Source: Candidatus Liptonbacteria bacterium (GTDB lineage Bacteria > Patescibacteriota > Minisyncoccia > UBA6257 > 2-01-FULL-56-20). Taken from it: 51,137 bases of DNA. The first letter of the stretch is position 1. Each line of letters starts with the position of its first letter. The stretch covers positions 1-51,137 of the forward strand of contig JACQKU010000004.1 of the NCBI GenBank assembly GCA_016204335.1, written 5' to 3'. This document shows, piece after piece, positions 44,156-51,137 of the stretch. Made by a program: the position numbers and the translations under genes. The notes beneath the pieces are model-generated. The model made no database searches and was not told the DNA's origin. It was given only the letters and a program-made list of their open reading frames with translations.

Positions 44156-44290
44156 ATGTCTGTAACCTACCAGCCGAAGAAAAGAAAAAGGAAAAAAGCC
44201 CACGGTTTCCTCGGAAGAATGCGGACTCCGGGCGGTCGCCGCGTACTCAACGAGAGGCGCCGTAAAAAACGCAGACGCCTTTCCGTATGA
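44156..44290 (+). CDS. rpmH: 50S ribosomal protein L34 (not in ORF track)
   Basis: [44 protein letters not shown]; divergent from dnaA. Confidence 0.96.
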   Translation: MSVTYQPKKRKRKKAHGFLGRMRTPGGRRVLNERRRKKRRRLSV

Positions 44291-44613
44291 CCACAAAAAA
44301 ATTGCGGTTGCCGCCACAGAGGTTCTCTGAACGGCCGGCCGGTCGCGTCAGCTCCGGTTATTTTCTGATAAAAGTTTTTAAAAACAATCTTACCCATAAC
44401 CGTTTCGGAGTCGTTATCGGCGCCAAAGTGGACAAACGCTCCAGCAAGCGCAATTTCTGGAGACGAGCGATTCTCAACTGCGCCGGGCAATACGCCGGCT
44501 CCGGAAAAGACCTTTTAATCATCGTATCTCCGCGGATACGCGAACTCTCAAAAAGCTCCGCGGAGCAAGAGTTCGGAAAACTGCTCCAAAAAATTTATAA
44601 AACATCCCAATGA
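44287..44613 (+). CDS. rnpA: Ribonuclease P protein component
   Basis: [22 protein letters not shown] motif; rpmH-rnpA-yidC order. Confidence 0.88.
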   Translation: MTTKKLRLPPQRFSERPAGRVSSGYFLIKVFKNNLTHNRFGVVIGAKVDKRSSKRNFWRRAILNCAGQYAGSGKDLLIIVSPRIRELSKSSAEQEFGKLLQKIYKTSQ

Positions 44614-45362
44614 GCATCGGACACATTTTTTCCCTGATTTTTTATCAGCCGCCCCTGAACGCGCTTATTTTTTTATATAACACAATCGCGTTCGAAAACT
44701 TCGGTCTTGCAATAATTTTTCTGACGATTCTTATCAGGCTACTCCTCTTCCCGATTTTCCACAAAAGCGTCAAGCACCAGATGGTTATGCAGCGCCTCCA
44801 GCCGAAAATCGAAAAAATAAACCGGGAGCACAAAGATGACAAAGAAAAAAAACTCAAAGCCACCATGGAACTATACCAAGAACACGGTATCAACCCTTTT
44901 TCCGGATTTCTTCTTTTACTTGTGCAACTTCCCATCCTTATCGCGCTCTATCAGATATTTTTGGCGAAGCTTACCCCTGAAACGCTCAGCGGCCTTTACT
45001 CGTTCGTGCAAGCTCCGGAGACATTGAACTACTGGTTTGGCTTGATAAATCTCGAAGGACGGAGTATCGTAATGGTGGGCTTGGCGGCGCTCCTGCAGTA
45101 TATCCAGGGGAAAATGAGCTTGCCCAAAATTGAAAGCGGAAGAGAGCTCTCGTCTGCCGAAAAAATCGGCAGACAAATGGTTTTTATGGCGCCGCTCATA
45201 ACGCTCGTCATTTTTTTCAATCTGCCCGCCGCCGTCAGCTTATATTGGGCGGTAAGTTCGCTTTTTTCCATTTTCCAGCAGGAAGCGGTGAACCGCCAGC
45301 TAAAATCAAATGAAGAACCAGGAAATTCTCGCAAGAAAAATAATCGAGTTGATGGGGTTTGA
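44610..45362 (+). CDS. yidC: Membrane protein insertase YidC
   Basis: GLAIIFLTILIR, LQPKIEKI, QLPILIALY, PAAVSLYW. Confidence 0.93.
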   Translation: MSIGHIFSLIFYQPPLNALIFLYNTIAFENFGLAIIFLTILIRLLLFPIFHKSVKHQMVMQRLQPKIEKINREHKDDKEKKLKATMELYQEHGINPFSGFLLLLVQLPILIALYQIFLAKLTPETLSGLYSFVQAPETLNYWFGLINLEGRSIVMVGLAALLQYIQGKMSLPKIESGRELSSAEKIGRQMVFMAPLITLVIFFNLPAAVSLYWAVSSLFSIFQQEAVNRQLKSNEEPGNSRKKNNRVDGV

Positions 45363-45756
45363 CGACTATACGTTCGAGCTTGACGAAGAGCATCGGCACG
45401 GAAGAATTTTCATTCATAATCATCCGAGTTTGGTAAAAGAGCATCTGCCGGCGATTCTTGAATCGTTGAATCATCTGGTCCAGCTTGTCGCGAAAAAAGA
45501 GAACGAACATCCGTTATTTTTTGACGTGAACAACTATCGGCGCGAGCGGGAAGAGCTTATTTCCGAACTCGCCCGGGCCGCAGCGCGCAAAGCCGTTGTC
45601 ACAAAAAAAAGCATTTCCCTGCCGGCGATGAATTCTTATGAGCGGCGCCTCATACACGTGGAACTCGCCGCTCATCCGGAGGTAAAAACCGAAAGCGCCG
45701 GAGCCGATAGAGAGCGGTACGTAATCGTAAAACCGATTGAAGAAACAAGTTCTTAA
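45310..45756 (+). CDS. Jag/KhpB-like KH-R3H RNA-binding protein
   Basis: DVNNYR, MNSYERRLIHVEL R3H motif; follows yidC. Confidence 0.88.
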   Translation: MKNQEILARKIIELMGFDDYTFELDEEHRHGRIFIHNHPSLVKEHLPAILESLNHLVQLVAKKENEHPLFFDVNNYRREREELISELARAAARKAVVTKKSISLPAMNSYERRLIHVELAAHPEVKTESAGADRERYVIVKPIEETSS

Positions 45757-45771
45757 CTTACTATCCGACGT

Positions 45772-47175
45772 TTACTCACCGAGCGGTAAAGAATAAACTT
45801 TCTTATCGAAGCGGTTGATGAAGAATATATTTTGATTGAAGATTTTAATATTTGAAACGTCGAGGGTTTTCGCGGGGTCGCTGAAAAGCGTTTTGACGTT
45901 GCCGTCGTTCACGTTTATCTCAAAAAAATCATCGGAGGTGAAAAGCGCTTTTTCTTGATACGCGTCAGGGAGTGCGTTGACACTCAAAGCCCGCTGGTCC
46001 CGCGGCACCGCGCAGATGAGCATCGTCCGGCTTTTTAGAACTTCGCTTTTTGTCGGAGAAGTTGGATTGCCGGAATCGGCGGGGGTCGAACTGCTTGATG
46101 GCAATGCGTTTGTGCTTACTTTTGCAGTCGAGCTTGCGGGCTTGTCCTGACTTGTCCCGAGCGATTTATCCTGAGCTATGTCGAAGGAAGTCGAAGGAGC
46201 GGCGTCGAAGGGCTGAGTCGGAGCGCTAACGAGTTTGTCGTAAAAAACGCATTTTGAAGGGAGTGTAAGGAAGTTAAGCTGCTTGAGTCCTTTCCCGGAC
46301 GCGTCGACAAGCCGCAACAGGCCGCCCTCCTGATTTTGGTTTGCCGAGAACATCAATCCGAATTGGGCAGGCGAAGAGCTCCAAATTGTTTCGAGGCCGG
46401 GTTGGTCCTGGACGACCGGAGAAATAATTTTCTTTACGGGGTCGAACGACCAAACCGACGAATTCGAGAGAACGCTGGTTTTGTCGGCAATCAGTATCCG
46501 GCTCGGAGAGAGCCAGTCAAGCTTCATGTCCTCCTGATGAAGCGCCAGCAGAACTTTTGGTTTTGTGGAAGTCGAACCGCCGGCATCTAAGAGAGAAAGA
46601 ATGCTTCCGTCCGCTCCCGACGCGCCGGAAAAATACGCCACCTGATAATTATCGGGAGACCAGACAGGGCCGTTAGCATTTTGCGGGAGCGGTTGCCAGG
46701 TTTTTTGGACCGCGTCGAAAATACTCGTTTGGTTTTCCGAAGGACCCCTCATTGTCACCAAAATTTTTTTACCGTCGAAAGAAAAAGAGACCCGCATGAT
46801 ATTTTTAACAATGCTTGCGCTGAGCGACTCGGGCTGGCCGCCGCCCGTGGTGAGCGAAGTCGAACCGCCCGTTTTCAAAATCTGCCCGTCCGGCTGGACA
46901 ACGGTCACGGTATTTTTCGCGTCAACAAAATAATCGACGGCAGGAACATTTGCCGCAACCGTCAAATTTTCAATCAATCCAGCCGTTTGTCCGGCACTTT
47001 GTGTATCCCCCCGTGTATCCCCCGTAGTTTTCGGCAGTTGGACCGCCGGGAGATTCCCCGGGTCGGCAGTCGTCGGAGGAGTCGCCGACTCGTTGCGCGA
47101 GCGGAGGTAAAATCCCAAGAATACTATTCCTCCGATTACGAGAATTATTGCGATTGCTGCGGCAAGTTTTTTCAT
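45772..47175 (-). CDS. Membrane-anchored beta-propeller-like hypothetical protein with in-frame palindromic insertions
   Basis: N-terminal TM; FSFDGKK and WSPDN blade motifs. Confidence 0.7.
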   Translation of the reverse strand: MKKLAAAIAIILVIGGIVFLGFYLRSRNESATPPTTADPGNLPAVQLPKTTGDTRGDTQSAGQTAGLIENLTVAANVPAVDYFVDAKNTVTVVQPDGQILKTGGSTSLTTGGGQPESLSASIVKNIMRVSFSFDGKKILVTMRGPSENQTSIFDAVQKTWQPLPQNANGPVWSPDNYQVAYFSGASGADGSILSLLDAGGSTSTKPKVLLALHQEDMKLDWLSPSRILIADKTSVLSNSSVWSFDPVKKIISPVVQDQPGLETIWSSSPAQFGLMFSANQNQEGGLLRLVDASGKGLKQLNFLTLPSKCVFYDKLVSAPTQPFDAAPSTSFDIAQDKSLGTSQDKPASSTAKVSTNALPSSSSTPADSGNPTSPTKSEVLKSRTMLICAVPRDQRALSVNALPDAYQEKALFTSDDFFEINVNDGNVKTLFSDPAKTLDVSNIKIFNQNIFFINRFDKKVYSLPLGE

Positions 47176-47203
47176 ATAAATTGCATAAATTCTTTTAATG
47201 CCG

Positions 47204-47695
47204 CTACAAATTCTGACAAACTTCTTCCCCGTTTACGGTTACACATCTGGTGTTTTCGCCGTTGGGCGAAACACTTGTACTGCCGGGGCCCATTCCTTGT
47301 TCTTCCCCTGTCGCCTCCTGCCCCTCAATCTTCCCCAACCCGGGCAGAGCCAGATTCGTGAGATTAGGGTTAATCGTGGTTAAAACTATAAACGCCCCAA
47401 ACAGAAGGAGTAGTCCCAAAAGAGCTTGCAATATCTGGTCTCTCGCGTCGCTCTGAGTGGAAGGATTGCCCGCCGCAAAGGTATATCTCAACCCCGCGTA
47501 CACAATCATCCCGAACGCCAGCATACCCGCCGCCATCAGAGAAAACCGATACAATGCCGATACCCACCCCCCGGGATTGGCTGTCTCGGCAGAAGTGATG
47601 CCGGGGAGGGTGACGGTGATGCCGGCGGCGCTGACCGACCCAAGCGAGAAAATTGAAATAAGGAGAAAACCCCCGGACAAACATAGTTTTTTCAT
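47204..47695 (-). CDS. VirB2/TrbC-like pilin
   Basis: Signal peptide; GMIVYAGLRYTFAAGNPS..ARDQILQALLGLLLL..INP. Confidence 0.78.
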   Translation of the reverse strand: MKKLCLSGGFLLISIFSLGSVSAAGITVTLPGITSAETANPGGWVSALYRFSLMAAGMLAFGMIVYAGLRYTFAAGNPSTQSDARDQILQALLGLLLLFGAFIVLTTINPNLTNLALPGLGKIEGQEATGEEQGMGPGSTSVSPNGENTRCVTVNGEEVCQNL

Positions 47696-48396
47696 GGCTT
47701 ATAAATCAGATTAACGTTTACAGAAGCTCCTTCAAGAGCGTTATTTTTATTCCTGACGGCGAATGTTATACCGAGTGGCGAACCGGATGGCGCATCTTGA
47801 TTGAGCCGCACGGTCAATACATCCGGATTTTCAGTTCCGGCCGGCGCAACGCCGTTCACTCTCCAGTCAAAATTTAACGCCGAAATATCTCTGACATTAA
47901 AAAAGTAAGGCAGGCCCGTCAATTGAATAGGAGAAGCTGAAAATTCGTTGTTTGGAAAAGGCGCTTCGATAACTGCCTTTGGGGAGACAATCGGTATCCC
48001 AATAGTTTTCAGTTGCGGCCCTCGTTTATAATTCGGAACTTCGGCGCGCAAGTCGATTGTTCCTCCGGCTGTATCAGGCGCCCTGAATTCGATATGCCGG
48101 AGTCCTTTGCCCCCTTTTAAAAAATTATTGTTCGCGTACCAGTACACGGTTTGCGCCGACATGTCGGCTGGTTTTCCTTCATCAATTAATTCAAACGAAA
48201 CCATGATTAAGGAGTTGGCGGTCGGCAATATTTTGCCCTCGAAACCCGGCGGCACGTAAGTTCTTGACTGCCATGTAATCATAAACTGCGGGCTCGCGGT
48301 CTGCGCCCGCGCGCCGGTCAAAAAAATGCCGGTTATTATAATAACCATGACCGTGACGATAACGACGGGAGAAAATTGTTTTATGGTTATTGTCAT
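47692..48396 (-). CDS. Secreted hypothetical protein (Ig-like beta-sandwich character)
   Basis: Signal peptide, YVPPGFEGKILP, PYFF, WRVNG. Confidence 0.65.
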   Translation of the reverse strand: MTITIKQFSPVVIVTVMVIIITGIFLTGARAQTASPQFMITWQSRTYVPPGFEGKILPTANSLIMVSFELIDEGKPADMSAQTVYWYANNNFLKGGKGLRHIEFRAPDTAGGTIDLRAEVPNYKRGPQLKTIGIPIVSPKAVIEAPFPNNEFSASPIQLTGLPYFFNVRDISALNFDWRVNGVAPAGTENPDVLTVRLNQDAPSGSPLGITFAVRNKNNALEGASVNVNLIYKP

Positions 48397-48421
48397 CAGT
48401 TATTGTGTCTTATAGTTGATT

Positions 48422-49240
48422 TTATCCTCGTGCCGCTTTTTTTAAATCAACTTCGTTTGCTTCATCATCTATATTAACACTTTGGTCTTCGTCTTCATCC
48501 CCATCTTCTTTTTGACCGGAATCAGGAGTTTTTTCAGTCAGTTCTTGCAATTTTTCAAATGGATTTTTTTCTTCACCGAGCGCCTCGTCGGAAATTTCTT
48601 TTTCGGAACCTTCCCCTTTATCCGCGGTTTCCCCGGATTGTCGGGATACGCCTTTTCCTCTTTCCATCCCGCCGGTTTCTGCCGTTCCGCCGGTTTCTCC
48701 CGCTCCGGCGGCAACTCTCCCGGCGCTTGCTCCTGTTTCAGCCCCCACCGCCGTTGTCTCGGCTCCGGCAGCCGCTACGCCAGCTCCTGTTTCCGCGGCA
48801 ACCGCTCCGGCCGATGCGCCTCCTCCTGCCAGCGCCGTTTCGCCGGCTACCGCTCCGGCGCCGCCGGCGACCGCCCCCTCCGCCACCGTTGCAAGAGCCG
48901 CCACTTTCGGGTTATTTGCCATCCAGATCGCGACGATGGTACTGATAAGTTCGCTTCCGGGAACGTTCACAATATTGCCTAGTCCTCCCATAACTGGAAT
49001 AAAAGATGTAAAGGAGCTAAGCGATGCTTTCTTGCCGTGCGTTTTCATTATAAACCATCCCTGGATGACTGCATATGTGATGGGCGAGACAAGAAATGAG
49101 TTGCCAAGATATGTCACTTGTCCGATGACGGGCACAGGAAAAAGAAGCGCGGTCGCGAGATCCGTCCCGTCGGAAAATCCCGCGATTGTCATCAAAAGAA
49201 CAATACTTACTGTATCGAATGGTTTTTCTTGTTCGTCCAT
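48422..49240 (-). CDS. Hypothetical membrane protein with Ala/Gly-rich linker and acidic tail
   Basis: Hydrophobic N-terminal half, low-complexity C-terminal half. Confidence 0.7.
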   Translation of the reverse strand: MDEQEKPFDTVSIVLLMTIAGFSDGTDLATALLFPVPVIGQVTYLGNSFLVSPITYAVIQGWFIMKTHGKKASLSSFTSFIPVMGGLGNIVNVPGSELISTIVAIWMANNPKVAALATVAEGAVAGGAGAVAGETALAGGGASAGAVAAETGAGVAAAGAETTAVGAETGASAGRVAAGAGETGGTAETGGMERGKGVSRQSGETADKGEGSEKEISDEALGEEKNPFEKLQELTEKTPDSGQKEDGDEDEDQSVNIDDEANEVDLKKAARG

Positions 49241-49244
49241 GTGA

Positions 49245-49319
49245 GTAATCGCGAATATCGCGAATGCTAATTTTTAAAACCATTCGCATTATTTGCTGAA
49301 ATTCGCGTTATTCGTGATT
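49245..49319. repeat. Palindromic element with CGCGAAT / ATTCGCG repeat arms
   Basis: TAATCGCGAATATCGCGAAT ... ATTCGCGTTATTCGTGATTA. Confidence 0.65.
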
Positions 49320-51036
49320 ATTTGCCCTTCTCTTCCAACAATTGCTGCGGATTAGTCGTGATTACCTGGTCTTCGAAATACGAAGCGATGATTTGGATGG
49401 CGATGTGTCGCCGCCCCGCGAAGAAAAGGCCGTTGCCGACCTCGGCGGTCAAAAGATAACTTTTTTCCGCCTCGGTCAGGTCGAACGCTTTCGCGATGAT
49501 ATCGATGGTAGCCGGCGCCTGGCGCAGAAGGAGCTGGAGCGAGGAATTGGTGATAATGGGCCGGCCGTAGGGCGAGCGCAAAAAATCCTCCACGTCCTGA
49601 GTAATGGTGGAAACACCGAGATAATATTTGCGCGCGCGTTTTGCCAGGCCGAAAAGAAACGACGCGCTCTCTTCGTATTTCATCATCCACCACGCCTCGT
49701 CGATAATCATTATTCGCTTTTTGAGTTTTGCGCGGATCAGGTTCCAGATGAAGTTCAAAATCACATACATAGCGATGGGCCGGAGCTCGTCCTCAAGGTC
49801 TCGGATTGAGAAGACAATCAGCCGGTTATTTATGTCGACATTGGTCGGCTGGTTCACGAACCCCGAAAAACTGCCCTTGGTGAATTTATAAAGGCGTTCG
49901 GCGATTCCCTTGCCGCCTTCAAGATTCCGGAGAATTGTCTCGAGGTCTTCGAGAAGCGGAGCTTTTGCTTTCGAAAAATCCTCGTCCGTGGTGATTTCGC
50001 GGGACGCGTACGTTTCCGTAACCGCGCGGTCAAGGAGCGCGTCTTCTTCGGGCGTCACCTTGCCGAGCATAAGTTTCAGCAAGCCGGCTACGTTGACAAT
50101 GTGCGAGCGGAGAACATCGGCTGGCGTTTCGTTCTCGGGTATAATCGGGATGTCGAACGGATTGATGTGTTCGTGCGAGGAAAGCGAGATGTTGAAAAAG
50201 CTGCCGGCAAAACTTTCCGCCAGGCGCTGATATTCGTTTTCCGGGTCAATCACGATGACATCAACGCCCATCATCAGCGACCTGATTATTTCGAGTTTTG
50301 TGGCAAAGCTTTTGCCGGCTCCGGATTTGGCGAACACCACTTGATTCGCGTTTTCCATCGAAAACCTGTCGAAGATGACCAAACTGTTGTTGTGGCGGTT
50401 GATGCCGTAGAGTATTCCCTGGTCGGAAGTCAGGCTGTCGGAAACGAACGGGAAAAATGAAGAAATCGGGCCGGAATCCATCGGCTGATTGACGGAAAGT
50501 TTGTCCTGACCCAGTGGCAAAATGGAAAGCAGTCCGTCGAGTTGTTGGAAGAGCGCCGGCTTGATATAAACAAGCTTTGCTTCCATCTGGGAAATAATCT
50601 GGCTTTCGAGCCTCGCCAGGTCATCAAGCGTGTCGGCGTAGAGAGCGATATAGACGCCGATGCCGAACAGTTTTTCCTGCGCCTGCTGTAGCGAGTCGCG
50701 GAGACCTTCCACGTCCCGGAGCGCGGTTTCGAGCATCGGGTCCCGGACCAGCCCTTTCTCCTGTTGGTCGCTTATCTGCGATTGTATCTGCGCGGTTTTT
50801 CTCCTGAGATTTTTGAGCGCGAGACCCGTGTCAACGGGATTCATGAAAATAGCGATGTCAAAAAGATTCGGCAGGTTGATGAGAGAATCGAACCAGCCGC
50901 TGGAGAGGTATCTCGGATAGGAAAAAACAAAAAATGATTTTATGAATTTGCCGCCGATTTTGAGATAGTTGGAATTCACCTCCAGTCCGGCGGGCGTGAT
51001 TATTTTTTTGAGATTTTCGAAGTTGTTTTCTGCCAT
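49318..51036 (-). CDS. VirB4-like secretion ATPase
   Basis: AKSGAGKS Walker A, VIDPENEY, INPFD, IIDEAW Walker B, RARKY, ITQD. Confidence 0.9.
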   Translation of the reverse strand: MAENNFENLKKIITPAGLEVNSNYLKIGGKFIKSFFVFSYPRYLSSGWFDSLINLPNLFDIAIFMNPVDTGLALKNLRRKTAQIQSQISDQQEKGLVRDPMLETALRDVEGLRDSLQQAQEKLFGIGVYIALYADTLDDLARLESQIISQMEAKLVYIKPALFQQLDGLLSILPLGQDKLSVNQPMDSGPISSFFPFVSDSLTSDQGILYGINRHNNSLVIFDRFSMENANQVVFAKSGAGKSFATKLEIIRSLMMGVDVIVIDPENEYQRLAESFAGSFFNISLSSHEHINPFDIPIIPENETPADVLRSHIVNVAGLLKLMLGKVTPEEDALLDRAVTETYASREITTDEDFSKAKAPLLEDLETILRNLEGGKGIAERLYKFTKGSFSGFVNQPTNVDINNRLIVFSIRDLEDELRPIAMYVILNFIWNLIRAKLKKRIMIIDEAWWMMKYEESASFLFGLAKRARKYYLGVSTITQDVEDFLRSPYGRPIITNSSLQLLLRQAPATIDIIAKAFDLTEAEKSYLLTAEVGNGLFFAGRRHIAIQIIASYFEDQVITTNPQQLLEEKGK

Positions 51037-51045
51037 GAATGTAGT

Positions 51046-51137
51046 GTATCGATGCGAATATACTAATTTACTAATGATACGAATTAAGAGTTCTCTTCAT
51101 TAGTATAATTAGTACCATTCGTATATTGGCATCGATA
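51046..51137. repeat. Palindromic element with degenerate repeat arms at the window end
   Basis: TATCGATGCGAATATACTAAT ... ATTCGTATATTGGCATCGATA. Confidence 0.6.

Overview
A 51-kb stretch of a small-genome bacterial chromosome, most likely Patescibacteria/CPR (Parcubacteria-like; inferred from gene content, short leaders and repeat families), using genetic code 11. It spans the replication-origin region (dnaN-dnaA / rpmH-rnpA-yidC-jag) and carries housekeeping genes (infC-rpmI-rplT, rpsT, polX, uvrB, ruvA/B/C, holA, pyrG, a murE-like ligase, tsaE, a class A PBP, a PilB/GspE ATPase), tmRNA, tRNA-Arg(CCG) and the end of a VirB4/pilin cluster. Between the core genes sit small accessory cassettes with no integrase: a LexA-DNA methyltransferase fusion facing an Hpy99I-like HNH nuclease, a HigBA-like module bounded by a 43-bp duplication of the uvrB 3' end, an AT-rich DGQHR/ParB-like + HEPN two-gene operon (best candidate for an undescribed defence system), a four-helix-bundle gene bounded by inverted repeats, a DUF4258/DUF2283 pair, and a TrpR-like gene with three operator-like palindromes. 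Several families of short palindromic repeats are scattered throughout, many inserted in frame in proteins (one triply nested) and one inside tmRNA. Also seen are a promoter-driven ~175-nt structured RNA candidate and two unannotated microproteins (Cys-rich; hyper-acidic). All product calls come from reading motifs by eye; no database searches were run.
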